DNA of 64,000 nucleotides from the NCBI GenBank assembly GCA_973851085.1, contig OZ316775.1, positions 20,026,001 to 20,090,000 on the forward strand, read 5' to 3'. This DNA is from Ptychomitrium polyphyllum. Its lineage: Eukaryota. Positions within the stretch are counted from its first letter, which is position 1. Each line of letters opens with the position of its first letter. Below the pieces are notes generated by a model. That model worked only from the letters and a program-made list of their open reading frames with translations, did not search any database and was not told where the DNA came from. The position numbers and the translations under genes were made by a program. Below are positions 12,219 to 25,791 of this stretch, one piece after another.

Positions 12219-15200
12219 GATTGCAACCTGATCGAACCTGATCGATTATACAAGAAATATCTACAAACCGGGCTCCGTTTAGAGAGTCCTGGCAGACGCT
12301 CGAAATCTTGACACGAACAGCGAGACACACCATGCTCTGTCCCTTGCGTAGAGTTTTATATCGTCCGAGGCACCTCCAGATATCCAATTGCCGATTTCCA
12401 AATACATTTTGCGGATATTTCCGCATGTTTTTCGAGTTGACCAGTAAGATTGCGTCCAACTTTGTGCATAAAGATGTATCCCATAACCGTCACTACATCT
12501 AACGTCGACTAAAACTGGAATATTTGTAGATTTCCAGAACTGAAATGTTAGTTTTATATGTACTTTTGATATTTAGGGTGCAATGACGTAATAGGAGTTG
12601 ACTCAAGAAGCGCACTTTGAGGACAAAAAAAAGGAGGACGCAAAACCGTTAACACATCTATATTCGACGCCGTTTCTTAAAGCTGCTAATTTCGTAGATT
12701 TTAAATTACATGTACCGAAGGAGTAGATAATGGAAGTCTGGGGTTGCGTCTTGGCCATTTACGAAGCGTGAAGCTTGTGGGAGAGCGATGGTTTTGTGGA
12801 GGTCACGTGAATTGCATTTCGTGCTTGGTTGCGAGGGGAAATTATGCGCGACGTGAATCACGTGTACGCGGAGAACGTGGCTGTGGATATGGCGACGCTT
12901 TGGCCAGTCGTTGAGGTTCGCATGCGGAGCTTGTGAGCTTCCGGCACCCGAAAGTACACACGAGTATTGTGGTAAAGGACCTATACCGGTGCGGGTGGGA
13001 CACTGTAACTTAGTGCCCCTGTACCGGTACAGGAGAACGCGGAGAACTCCTATTAGTTCTTTGTATCGACGTGCGTGAATTAATGTATAGTGCATTTCGT
13101 TTGTAGAATATCGTGCCTTGCTTCATACGCAACACAATGCAATATATGCAATACAATGCGTTAGTATATATGCAACATAAATGAATTATGGTTTGGATAA
13201 TATAGCAATAGTATTTATATGGTCCAAAAGTTTGAATATCAAATTATATGTAAAATTGGTGTTCATACAATGTAATAGATATAAAACTTCAAAGATTAGG
13301 GATTTTGTTTTTTGCAATAGGAAAGATGTTTTTTAACACTTACATTCTTTTAGTACGTATATAGATATATCATACAAATAAAGGAAAAAGTTTAAAAATA
13401 TTGTCTTGAAAATGGAGAAATTAATCCATAATTCTTATTTTAAATTTTAGGTCAAAAATTAATTAGATTTCTTTCTAATATTCAAAACTTATCCAATATC
13501 CAAATAAGAAGCCAAAATAGAAGCTAAAATGGACTTTAATATTAGTAAAAGATGAACTTCATAATAAATATATGATTATAAAATATCAAAATTAGAAATT
13601 GAGGTTTTTAATAATTCATATTTGTTTATTTTAAATCTGGAACTTTTTCTTTCAAAAGTTTAAAAGTTATAAACAATTAATATGCTTATTTTCTAAAATA
13701 CTATCTCATTAAAAAAAATTATAAATACTAAGGTTGTTTTAAGATACTATTACAAATTTATAAATTAAAAATAAATAATAAATAACGTCAAGTGATGTTT
13801 ATATTAAATTATTTTTATATTATATTATATTTTTTTAAATATGTATGTTTATCCAAAGAATTGAATTTAACAATTATCATTTAATAAAGGTTTTATTACC
13901 TTGTTGGAAAAATTATTAATATAAAGTGAAGTTGTGATATGTTTAAAACTATTTAAAATAATATAAGAATATATTTTTTTTAGATAAAATATAATTTCTT
14001 CAATAAATAGGATATTTCTTCAAAAATTAAAAACCTTGTAGCAAAACAAAAGACCTTTTATTCATTAATAATTTTACAATCATAAAAGAACTTATTTTTG
14101 AAAAGGCACTTTGTAAAATTTAATTTTTTTAAACAAAAGCATGTTGTGCAGAGTTGAAACTTTGAAACCAAAACAAAACCTTTATAAATCATGTAATTTA
14201 AGCAGTTCATAGTTTAAATCTTTAATACATTTAATATTGATAATTTTTATTCAATGACAAATTTCATCATAAATTATTTGAATGCTACGAATTCTAAATT
14301 TAAAAGAAAATAGAATATTATAGATAATTTGATGTCTTTCTTATATAAGTATATTATTATGATTGACTTCATTTTTTGGAAGAAATCCTTTATTAACAAA
14401 GGAAACATTCATTCAAGTTTAAATATGTTATTTTTCCACCTATATGACCAATTGTGGTTAGTTTATTTAGACGCATAATATTTTAGTTAAATTACTTTAT
14501 AATATAATCTATAAAATCTATTAAGTCAAGAAATACTTAATTTTTTAAAAAAAAAAGTAATTTTGATTTGTCAATTGCAACCACATCAACACTTGTTTAA
14601 AATCACTTATTGCTTTTAAAAAATAAAATATTAAAGATTTAGTATGGTTTTACAAGAAGTTTTAATGCAATAGCTTTGCTTTAATATCTAATTCATTATT
14701 TAATGTTGTAAATAATCAAAAAACATAACATATCATGTGAATTGGAACAAATTTCAAAATGATATAACATATAAACAACTTAAGAGTTATAAGATGAATT
14801 TTATTTGTTGGAAAGAGTTCAAGATTTTATACAAGATTTATTGATTATAAGTTTGTCTTGGTGAAGTATTTTGCTACATATTGAAGGTTGAAACCTAAAG
14901 TCTTTAATGATTAATTCCTTCATCATTGAAATTAGATGACTTTAAAAAAGGAACTTGGAAGTCTCTCTACAAGGGCCTTACATAGTTCTATTTTCCATTT
15001 TTAGTTTATTTTTTAAAAATGCTATATTAAAATTTTTTAAACTTAAAATACTTAAAATTCTATTGCAATAAAAACTATAGTGTTTGTGATTGTAATGTAG
15101 TATCTTTGGTTTTATGATTTAGGATTCACAAAACTTTGCAAAAGAATTATCACTTATAGTAGGAACAAGGCTTCATTTACAAAATATACAAAGTTAGAAA

Positions 15201-15954
15201 AACAAATAATCAAGCATGAAATAAGACACATATTATTATATTCTATGTTCTATGATTATATTCTAAGTTCATGGTTTGGTTTAGAATGTAGTTCTAGTAT
15301 ACCTTAAAATTGCATGGTTCCACTACTTTGGCGCAACAACAATTTGCCACATCCACACCAGAAATGATTTTTAAGGGTGTAATAGCAATGATTGTAGATC
15401 AGGTTTTCTGTAGGTGTACCAGGTTTAGGAACTGTCACAATCTACAACTCTGCGGAGGATTGAAGTCTATACAAGGCCTGTAATGCAAGCATGCAGTCCT
15501 ACTAACATAGACGTACCCATTCCCACACATGCCCCCATCTCCGCTCAGATCAATGCCCTGTTACCATATTATTATACCAGCTCCTCTCTACACTACAGCA
15601 GTCACATGACACAGTTTTCTTAAATGGATGGGAATGGGTGCGTCTCCCTTGGTAGGAATCCAAACTTAACCTTGGTAACCATGCAAGGCTGGCGACCTGG
15701 ACAAACCCCACAATGTACATATCTTTAGTTTTCTGAAACTCGAATGTCATCGCCTTGTAGATGATGCAGGTGTTGCATGCAGTGCCGCGGTTGCATACAG
15801 TGCCGGGGTGGGGCAGGCATTCCTGGTGGTGGAAACAGAACGCTGGGCTGCGAGTGTTTAGTGAGATGGAGTGGAGCATGGGGCCGCTAGAGAGAAGTCA
15901 TGGCAATGATGTATGTAGGAGAGAGGGGTGTGCAGAGGGGATGATGTGGAGACA

Positions 15955-15979
15955 CAGAGAGAGAGAGAGAGAGAGAGAG
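15955..15979. repeat. (GA)n microsatellite in the ArfGAP 5' region
   Basis: About 12 AG units ending roughly 15 nt upstream of the ATG at 15994. Confidence 0.9.
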
Positions 15980-15993
15980 CGGGAGGGAGGGAG

Positions 15994-17255
15994 ATGGAGC
16001 AAGAGCTGCGCATGTTGCTCAAGAGGCCCGGGAACGACGTGTGCGCAGACTGCGGGGGCCGCTACCCGCGCTTCGCGTCCATCACGGTGGCCGTCTTCCT
16101 GTGCAACCGCTGCTACGGGATCCACCGCTCCATCGGAACGCACATCACGCGCACCAAGACTGTGGGCTTGGATCGCTGGAGCCCCGAGGAGGTGCATCGC
16201 ATGAGAGCCATCGGGAATGTGGTCGCCAATTCGTACTGGGAAGGTAGGTACTCTGGTTCTCCGTCGCATTCTGTTTGATTGATTGAATGATTACGTGGGT
16301 CGAATCTGAAAGGTTACTCGTAGATGAGATGGTTGTCTAAGTGTTACTGTTTTGGGGTCTCTAGGGTTTAGACTTGCCAGATTTAGGGCTTACTAGGCTA
16401 CGTCAGGATCTATTTTTGAGGTTTGGGAGTAAGTTTACTCTTGGATTTATGAAGTGGGTTCTTTTGTGTAATTCTAGTTTCCTTGCAATTTGAAATGGAG
16501 GTGAGTGAGAAAATTCCATCGTGTACAATGTGGTTTGCGAGTTGGCTGATTCGTTGTTCACTGTGCAGAGAATGGTCCTCTTATATTCCAGCGTCCGAAT
16601 GCCGACTCTCCAGATTTTGAAGTAGAGAAATGGATTCGTGACAAGTATGAGAGAAAACTCTTTTGTTTTCCAGGCAAAGAGCCGCCGTCAGTTACTCCAC
16701 AGGTAAATACTCGTTCCTGGTGTGATGGAGTCCGTTGTTGTCGTTTCGTGTTTGTAGCTGTCAGATTATCATGTTTTGCGTCTGTCGTTCAGTTCAGCTT
16801 TTGGTGCATATGATTTCAACTGACACCCTGAGAATTGCAAACCGTCTACAGACTAGAAGTGACTCATATGATAGTATTGTCAACTGCAGGTGTCCGAGTC
16901 TGTTAACCCCGATCCTTCTATTAGAAGCGTTAGTCCAATAGTGAAACTGCTACCACGTGGAACTTTACGATGCGGGCCCGATTGCACAGCTCCAAGTTCA
17001 GCGGGTGAATCCAGCAGCGCAGTAGGTTGCACAACAACTCCACGAGATGACTTTATTGTGCAATTGAGGTCGCCTCGACGTAGCCAGCATCGTACAAGTG
17101 GCTCGGCTACAACTTCACAACTTCCATTTAACCCACAACGTGGTTCTGGCCATGTTTATGAGAAGGCAGTTGAACCTGCAACTGAGATACAACCTGAGCT
17201 AATATTTTGTGGTGATGACGATGATGAAGATTTTGGAGACTTTGTTCGGGCGTAG
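15994..17255 (+). CDS. Small ArfGAP (SMAP-like), 3 exons, about 249 aa
   Basis: Exons 15994-16243, 16569-16702, 16890-17255. CADC-x16-CNRC zinc finger, GIHRSIGTHITR, KTVGLDRWS, GNVVANSYWE, EKWIRDKYERK. C-terminal DDDDEDFGDF adaptor-binding-like motif. Confidence 0.88.
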
Positions 17256-17689
17256 TCTTCAGGATTAAGTTTGCTTCATTCACTTGAAGTTCAGTGGTTC
17301 ATATCGTTTGGCTGAATTTTGATCCTTGAAATTGCCTCGTTACGGCTGATTACAGCCATTCCGTGATGCAGAACACCTCACTTTACCGGGGAAATTTATT
17401 GCGCTCTTGGTGGTCACTATTCATTGCTCCAAGACATAGGGATTAAGACTGAAGTCGAGGCTTACAAAAGCGAAGTAGAACAGCGAATTGAGCGGACCGA
17501 TTGCAGAAAGATATGATGTACTCTCGAATAGGATTTAATAGCTTATATTTATGATCACCTAGATTTCCTTCGAAAGGTAGAGAGTAGATCAAAATCGTAT
17601 TCAGCCATATCCTTCAGGGAACCAGCTGAATTGAGTGCTGAGTAGGACATTGCATTTGTTGAGGACGTGCAATCAGATCTGTAACAAGC

Positions 17690-19196
17690 GAAGTCATGAT
17701 TTTCACTGCAGATTTCTCGGACAGAAGCAATTATATGAAGAAGTGAGCTGGGGCTCAGTCAATTCTGAACATTTTCAACTGTATGATAAGGCTGCCAACC
17801 AAGGGGGTGTGCTAATCCAGTCTTGGATCTGAAGGTGTTCCCTACACTGTAGATTAATTAGTTTTTTTCTTGGATTTTGATGACGATGAAAAGAGATCAT
17901 TGGTGATGGTTTAGAAGTTTGCAGATGGCGGACAGGCAGGCAGAGTTTTATGAAGCCCAAATCTAATGGTAGGTTTCGAAGTTAAATGAGCGGTATCAGG
18001 AGATTGGAACTGAGCATGCGCTGAACGTAGGAATATAGATAGCTTAAATAAGTCCACATTTGAAGGTGTTCAAGAAGGGACGTTCTTGGGGCATATGTAT
18101 TCCCACGTTTAGCGTGGATTCTTGACGTCTACTTGAGCAATCAAAGTCTACTGCATCTGGTGAGCAACGGTAATCAAGGTAGTATTGGTCAATGAACTAC
18201 TGCAATGTGGGACGTGGTGAGGGATGGGAGATCTTTCCATTGTTGATAGTGAGAGCAGGAAGATTTGCGCAATGTCATTGACGACATGACGTCAAGTCTT
18301 GGCGAGGATTTTATAGCAACCTTAGGTGATTATTTCTGCTCGAGCTTTCTTGGAGAGACGCAATTTTATGAAGACGTGAGCTGGGAGTTGGTCAGTTTTG
18401 AACAATTTTCACAGTGTGGCGAGACTGCTATCCAAAGGGGTTTGCTAATCCAGTCTTGGTTCCGAAGGTGTTCCCTACACTGCATTCATTTTGTCTGAAT
18501 GAGCTCGACTTAGTGCTGGTGCCGTGTACTACAGTCCTTTTTACAAATTGGGCTTGTCGATCTTGTGCAGGATGGGTGGATCGAGTGATTGGGAGCATTT
18601 CTCAGCCCTTGCAACTGAATTTGGGCATGCAAGCATCTCTTCCAATTCACCATTTTTTGAAGCCGAATGGAAGGAGAGCACAGTTGAAAAAGGATGGAGA
18701 TCGGAAAACGCACTACGGTAGGTTGAACTTTAAGTGTCACTGGAGTCAGCTTGTGGAATTGGATTCTGATGAAGTGCAAGTGTCGGAGAGTAGTAACGTT
18801 GGAGTATTCAAATGCTCGGAAGACTCCAAATGCGGCTGTGAGTTTTCTTCAAGGTGAAGGGGATGAAGAGAGGTCCGTGGTAATTGGCAAGAGATTCGCA
18901 GTAGACAGACAGGCAGGGCTTTATGGCACGCTCCCAAGTTGAATAAGTGGTATTGGGAATATGGAACAGATTGTGCGTTGAAGGTGGGATTGCAATTGTT
19001 GCAATAAAGTCCATATCCGAAGGCGTCCAAGAAGGTGACTTCCTTGCGACAATTGTGATCTCACTTTTAGCGCGGATTCTTGGAGGTTTCTGTCGAGCAA
19101 GTGTAGTATACTACGTCCGGTAAGTAAGGTAATATTGGTTAATAAACTACTACAATTTAATACATCAGAAAGAAGCAATTGCAACAAACCATGCAC
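17690..19196 (-). pseudogene. Tandemly duplicated, decayed LRR-like sequence
   Basis: About 17705-17850 resembles 18340-18483, and about 18050-18205 resembles 19008-19155. Minus-strand frames give LRR-like phrases (LNCSSLLTNITLLTGRSILHLLDRNLQES, FPIPLIQLGS) interrupted by stops. Confidence 0.4.
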
Positions 19197-22025
19197 GCAA
19201 GATAAATGACCCGAAAGATAAAGTCATATTACTTGAAATCCCACAGATCATTAATATACATATTTACCTACACACTAAATCATCTTGAAAGATAGACATT
19301 TGTACTTTTATCCCATCCTTTTGAACTTCTCGATTGTGCAGATTATCTCGACGTACATTAGATTAAACGGGTCCTTTGGTAGTAACAAATGGCTCGTTAC
19401 ATTTTGAATGCAATAGTCAACTTGTTCTAGCTCCTGGCTTTTGTGCAAATTGTATAGCTGAGGTCCTAATTTAGCCAAGAGAAATGAATCTAGGCAGTCC
19501 TTCCATCTATAAGTTTAGGACTTTGACAACACAATGCTGTGTTTCAAATTTTAAACATATTTGAAAGGGCTATTATCAATGACAATTATATCTGCCCGAA
19601 ATTTTTGAAGACATTCTCTTGTTAGTAATTTTTGAAGTTTTCTTAACCTTCAATGGGTGAACCCTGTCATGGACACCATATACTAAGATTCTATTGCAAG
19701 CCTCTTGGCTTAGGATGTTTACAGGAGGACAAACCTCTATAAAGAAAGAGATATTTGTTTCATGGTATCTAATTTCATTGACCTCTAGATTGTAATATCC
19801 GCAAACTTACTAAAGTTCATGGAAAAGTCTTTGACATGAACAACCGAGGGTCCACACCCGTAGGCAGAGTGCAATCTATGACCATCAGCTTGCCCAATAT
19901 GGTACAGATGTCCATGATCTGCATGATGGAGCCCAAGTGGATTGTGTTGCAGCCCAAGGAGTGATGAAGGGAAATCAAAAGTAGTTGACGTGGCTTGTGG
20001 GAGGTATACTATTGTGTGTTAATTCATAAAGTTTGGGACTGGTCATGGCAGGTACTTTACTTGAGTATACAGAATCTTTCTGAGGAATTCGTGGAAACTT
20101 TGAAGGTGAATGTGTTGATTCTCATTGGATTTACAGAAGGACCTTTATGGTTCAGTTTTTTAATCAACATTCTTCATACTTTTAAGCTCGTCGTTGTTGT
20201 TAATGTCAGTTTGTCCTTCCCAGCTTAGTGGGCGATGCAGAATTTAATTCAAGACTTCGATCAGCGTGCATAGCCAGGCCCTTTGTCACCATGACTGATA
20301 ACTGATCAATGAAGCTGAGCTCATTACGTACGTGTATTCAAGCTTGTTCATTGAATACATTTGACTCACTCAAGAGCATAATACCCATTCATGTACAATC
20401 TCAGGTGGGGATTTAACTTTAGGTGCTACAATAAGAACGCAGTGTTCTATGATGTTTTTGGCTGGATAGATGCAAAAAGGTTAAGTGAGTTCGGTGAGTT
20501 AGGTGCTCTTGACCACAAATGATTCGGCATGCATTTCCTAACAAATACATCGATATTTATCAATAGCTAGCTCTGATGAATATTTGCTTGTATCAATGGT
20601 GTATGAATGTTTTATTATGACCTACACAAACTTCAGTGTGGCGCTGATTCCATTATGGTCTACTGCAAGTCTCTGTTTCCAAATGAGGGTGTTACATACG
20701 TTTTTGAAAGTGCGTGTTTTTTTTGACACAGTTTGCAGTTCTTCAAGATGTCTTGCTCAATCAGTCAGAATAAAATTACACATATTTTTTCATGTGCAAT
20801 TTTATATCAACAATCTTCATTCAGGCTTTACCTCGTCTGTTCTGCACACTGTTGATCATTCATTCAATCAATTTTAATGCAATGCACAGATTTTCCGTCC
20901 ACATAAGGTGAAGCTCTTTTAAAAAATTTAGCAGTGGATGGGTCTACTATTGAGGGTCAACAATAAATTTCCTCTTATTTCCGCATTGAATCCACGCATA
21001 ATTCCACTGCACCTGCAAATGAGTTTCAAAGAAGCCTGAAAGTAATGAGCTGTGCTTCACGAACCTACACACACTGTATCGCTGGCATAAAGAAGTGTGA
21101 ATGTACTAGTGGCATATGCGAAACAACCAGAACGCACATACTTGCAGATTATGTGGAGCCTTTTTGTAACATGAGAGCCACAGTTACTCTCAACATGCTT
21201 CTCGATGATACTTTACAACAAATCGAGGCATATGGCACTCCCTCCTCATTGTCAGGAAATGAAACAGTCAAATCCACAAGTGCCGAAGCATCTACAACTC
21301 CTAGTGATGATGGACTTGCAGGCGGCTTGCTCCTTCGCACCAGTTCCCTCTAGGAAACAGATCTCCTGAACGAGGTCAACAGGATACAAGCGCGTAACCA
21401 CCTTGTTAACTTCACTAAAAGCAAACGATCATCCATCAGTTGTATCTGCAGACATGGTATAACGATATTCTCAAGTCAGGGCCCCCCATGTAACATCAAA
21501 CTAAAAATGAGCTGCATCCGGTTTTCGGGTTCAACTAAAAATAGATCCTGGACTCCTTTACCGACAATATCCGGACTCGATGGTTAAAAACTGGGGGATC
21601 ACTGGAGTTGGTACAACATGAAATGCTCTAATTGACAATTAAACATGTGCTTCTATTACTTGACAATACCATGCATCTGTCGCAATTCTTTATTATTTTG
21701 AGCCTACTTGCTGATCAAAAGTTGGAAATCTATCCATCCTTCTTGGCAGCAATAAGTTAGAGCAATTCGACGCCAGTTCACATCCTTCTCATCTTGCTTG
21801 CGTTGCAAGCTGCTGTCACAAGAACACAGCTCCTCTGGGATACAGTCGAAGATCAAAGTTTTCAATCGGGTGAACCCGCACTTTGCACGGATCCATGCTT
21901 CAGAGCTGGAGATGATCTGCTTGTGGCCAGTTTAGCACTCGCCGTCGAAACTCACTGTGCTCTGTCAGTGAGTAGCCAGCCGTGCCCGGAAATCACAGCA
22001 GCTTCAATTCAGCTTAATATTTGAG

Positions 22026-24371
22026 ATGAGGACAGGCATTTCAGGATGTTTAGTTCTCGTAGCTCTGCTCTTGTTCTCGTCGCTACTATGTCTAAACGGC
22101 GCGCCAGTCGGTAGCAAGACGTACATCATTCAAACAGTGAAGAACGCCTCGCATCTGGACGTCATGGCCAAGCAAGCCTGGTACACAGAGCTCATGGAGC
22201 AAGCAAGGGAGGTTCTGGATGACGACCATCCAGACGACGGCATGGACACATTCCACCACGTCTACCACCACGTCTTCAACGGCTTCTCCGCTCGCCTCAC
22301 GCCTGAGCAGGTGGCGTACATGAAGACACTACCCTGTGTCCTAGGCTTGTACCCCGACACAATGCACAAGCTTCAGACCACACGTACTCCAGAGTTTCTG
22401 GGCCTGTCGGAGCCGGGCGCCAAGTTGTGGCTGGAGAGCAAATACGGCGATGATGTGATCATCGGAGTCGTTGATTCTGGAATCTGGCCCGAGAGGTTGA
22501 GCTTCAGCGACCGCCTCCTGGGACCCATTCCGAAGCGGTGGAAGGGAGTCTGCGAAACGGGGACGAACTTCACCACTGCGAACTGCAACAAGAAGATTAT
22601 TGGCGCGAGATACTTTTTGAAGGGCTATGAGGCGGTTTATGGCCCCATCAACGACACGGTGACGGATTACAAGTCGCCGCGGGCCATCAACCCCCATGGC
22701 AGCCATACCGCATCCACAGCAGCTGGTCGCTGGGCATACCGAGCAAGCTACAATGGCCTTGCGAAAGGAACAGCCAGGGGCATGGCGCCTAGAGCGCGAA
22801 TTGCTGTGTATAAGGCTTTGTGGGGACTAGGTGAAGGCACCGGTTCCGACCTCTTGCAAGCATTTGACCAAGCTGTGGCGGACGGCGTAGACATCATCTC
22901 CGCTTCAGTAAGTAGCAAGGTTGGTACCGTTATAGACGAATTCTTCGAGAACGTCCAGGCCATTGCTGCTTACAATGCAGTCAAGAAAGGAATCTTCGTC
23001 TCCTTCGCAGCAGGAAATGACGGCCCCGTGCCGGGATCTATCTCGAACGTCGCCCCGTGGATGATAACTGTGGCAGCGACCACCTTGGACCGCAACATGG
23101 AGGCAAATGTCGTGCTTGGCAGCGGGGAGATCCTACCATCACTGTCGCTTTACAACGGAAAAGGAACTGATGTCAATGAAAACGAGATTGCTTTAATATT
23201 CGCGGGCGATGCTGCCATCAGTCCTAGAGTTGCAGAGAACGCGAGTTTCTGTGAGGAAGGCACCTTGAACGCTTCCATGATTACGGGCAAAATCTTGTTA
23301 TGCAACAATGATCAAAGCCACACCTCTAGCTTCCAGACGGGCCCCGTGGGCTACATTGTGGCGAACACCGCGGTGTTGGGCGAATCGCTGAGTCTCGCGC
23401 AAGTTCCCGACTATCTTCCCTATGTATCAATCGGCAACCAGGCCCGTGAGAGGTTGATGGCGTACATTCGGCAATCTGCAGGATCATCACCCACAGCCAG
23501 CATTCATCGTGCCACGACTTTGTATGGGGTGAAGCCGGCTCCCGCTGTGGCTGGATTTTCCAACCGAGGACCCATCAGGCACGCAGGACCGCTATGGCTG
23601 AAGCCCGACATCGCCGCACCAGGGGTGGACATCCTCGCAGTAAGCATCCAGGAACAATATGGATTTGAAACCGGCACTTCCATGGCGTGCCCTCACATCA
23701 GCGGCATCGGCGCATTGTTGCGCTCGGTGCATCCCAAATGGAGCCCTGCCGCAATCAAGTCCGCCATGATGACCACCGCTACCACGTTGGACAACACCAA
23801 CAGCACCATCACAGACCAAGTGACCAACTCTGCTGCGGGACCGTGGGACTTCGGAGCTGGGTTCGTGCGGCCCGAGAAGGCCTTGAATCCTGGTTTAGTT
23901 TACGACATGGGGTGGAAAGACAACCTCATGTTTTTGTGTGGATTGGGCTACAACAGCACTCAGATCATGGCGATCGAGCCGGATGGCTTTGTGTGCCCAA
24001 AGAACCCCCCAGCGAGGGTGGAAGACACTAACCTACCGTCGTTTGTTGCGAACTTCAACATCCCGGCGTTGTCAGCAATCGATAGTGCCATCACCTTTGA
24101 GAGGAGTCTGACGAATGTGGCGTCGAAGGAAACCACTTACACGGCCTCGGTGGATGTGCAGCCGAGAGGTTTTTCTGTTTCCATCCAGCCTTCTACTCTC
24201 ACTTTTCCTGCTGGAGCGCCGATTCAGAAGTTCACTCTGAGAGTGGAGCCGCGTGGAGCTGCCAATCTGCCCGATATTGTGCTCGCCGGAGGGTTGCTGT
24301 CATATGGCAGTGTGTCGTGGACGGATGGCAAGCACGTTGTTCGGAGCCCCGTTGTTGCCATGGCTAGTTGA
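22026..24371 (+). CDS. SBT: Subtilisin-like serine protease (plant subtilase, S8), intronless, 781 aa
   Basis: Signal peptide; I9 prodomain (YHHVFNGFSARLT); QTTRTPEFLGL junction; catalytic D (VVDSGIWPE), H (HGSHTASTAAG), N (AAGNDGP) and S (GTSMACPH); PA region; C-terminal fn3 (WTDGKHVVRSPV). Confidence 0.96.
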   Translation: MRTGISGCLVLVALLLFSSLLCLNGAPVGSKTYIIQTVKNASHLDVMAKQAWYTELMEQAREVLDDDHPDDGMDTFHHVYHHVFNGFSARLTPEQVAYMKTLPCVLGLYPDTMHKLQTTRTPEFLGLSEPGAKLWLESKYGDDVIIGVVDSGIWPERLSFSDRLLGPIPKRWKGVCETGTNFTTANCNKKIIGARYFLKGYEAVYGPINDTVTDYKSPRAINPHGSHTASTAAGRWAYRASYNGLAKGTARGMAPRARIAVYKALWGLGEGTGSDLLQAFDQAVADGVDIISASVSSKVGTVIDEFFENVQAIAAYNAVKKGIFVSFAAGNDGPVPGSISNVAPWMITVAATTLDRNMEANVVLGSGEILPSLSLYNGKGTDVNENEIALIFAGDAAISPRVAENASFCEEGTLNASMITGKILLCNNDQSHTSSFQTGPVGYIVANTAVLGESLSLAQVPDYLPYVSIGNQARERLMAYIRQSAGSSPTASIHRATTLYGVKPAPAVAGFSNRGPIRHAGPLWLKPDIAAPGVDILAVSIQEQYGFETGTSMACPHISGIGALLRSVHPKWSPAAIKSAMMTTATTLDNTNSTITDQVTNSAAGPWDFGAGFVRPEKALNPGLVYDMGWKDNLMFLCGLGYNSTQIMAIEPDGFVCPKNPPARVEDTNLPSFVANFNIPALSAIDSAITFERSLTNVASKETTYTASVDVQPRGFSVSIQPSTLTFPAGAPIQKFTLRVEPRGAANLPDIVLAGGLLSYGSVSWTDGKHVVRSPVVAMAS

Positions 24372-25791
24372 TCAACCCACCCCAAGTTCGAATCTCTAGA
24401 GAGAGCAATCAAGTCTGTATGTGACTCAGACGAAAGCACATTACCACGTTGCATTCACAGGCGGACGATTTCAAATATTTGTATTACGGTATGAACACAG
24501 AAAAGTGTACCAAGCAGTCGGTGTAGAGAGAAGACATGTTGGAATTCAGAAATGGGCATCTTGGATTTCGAAAGGATTCTTTTGTAATAACTGTGCGGAT
24601 TAAAGTACTCTTAAATAAAACTGACTCTATTTTAAGAACCTGTTCCAAAGGTCGACGACATACATATGTTTGACGGCGCATGTAACATTTGTTGACAGTG
24701 CTTGCGTTATTATTAATATTGAACACGTTTTCATTTAATTCCTACAGGAACATTACCTACCACAAATAACAGTCTTGTGCTTATTGGACAAAGCACCTAC
24801 ATCTTGACAATAACACCATATTCACTAAAATGAAACAAAACGAAACAGCAATTTCCGGACTATTTAAGCGCCTGCATAACCAATGTAGAACGTTTACATA
24901 GAAACTGAACATGCCTCGACTAAAGCCACAAATGCATTTGCTGAGTTTGTGAGAAACCTGAGAATGTTTTAAGGTCCAGAGGAACAATCCTAGGGAAGCA
25001 GGCTACCACTGGTCGGCGGCGTATTTTCGGCGACCGTGAGTCGGCAACTAGGCTGTGGCGCTGGTTCGGGGGAAGTCAAGACCCACAAAGACTTCCTGTG
25101 CAGAGTCAGGTGTTGCTTGTGGATACAGGCGATTCGTTTCCTGCACTTGCTGCGATGATTATTACGTGGGTCGTCATTTTCACATGCGCAAACGGTGCAC
25201 TGCTAGGGTAATACTTTGTTATTTCTGGAGGGCATGCTCAGGTTGAGGTACCTGAGAATGCATGGATTGCTGCGTGTAGAGTAACTTGCAGCACAACAGC
25301 ACAACCGCAGGTATGGTTTCGGAATCTGGAGTTGCGTGGTGCCTACTTCATTAGGTTTCCGTTGTTGATGTTGGATGTGAAAGAATTGAGTTAGTTCAGG
25401 TCTTCACAGGCTCAGATGGAGGGTTTCACTGGCGCGTCTTGAGGTTTTCAGGGCATGTTCAGGTTCGAAGTGGGAAGGTTTGCATCGTGGATCTATAGCT
25501 CTAAATTGAGCTTGGCATCTCTGAAAAGCAGGAGAATTTGACCATCTGACCAAAAGTATGACGATTACTGGAAGATGGTGGCAGTTCGGAGGCACTTCGA
25601 GTCATACCTATGATGTAGAAACTTGAAGCCGCTCGTTGGCGTGTCTACGTTGCACTCAAATCATCTCGCAGTTTCTCCAACCCGCGCTTTTGATTGGCCA
25701 AGGACGCCGGAGCTGGGCGAGGGTGACTCTTTTAGGACAGAGGATCGAAATTTGAGAGTTTGTGCAAAGGGTCGACAGCCCCTGGAAGGCA

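Noticed and set aside
13100..15300. AT-rich spacers (also about 28500-29500 and 58200-62600) as defined transposons
   Set aside because: No terminal repeats, target-site duplications or coding remnants were recognisable by eye.
19700..21470. Coding-like patches between the LRR relic and the subtilase
   Set aside because: Short frames with no assignable family or consistent exon chain.
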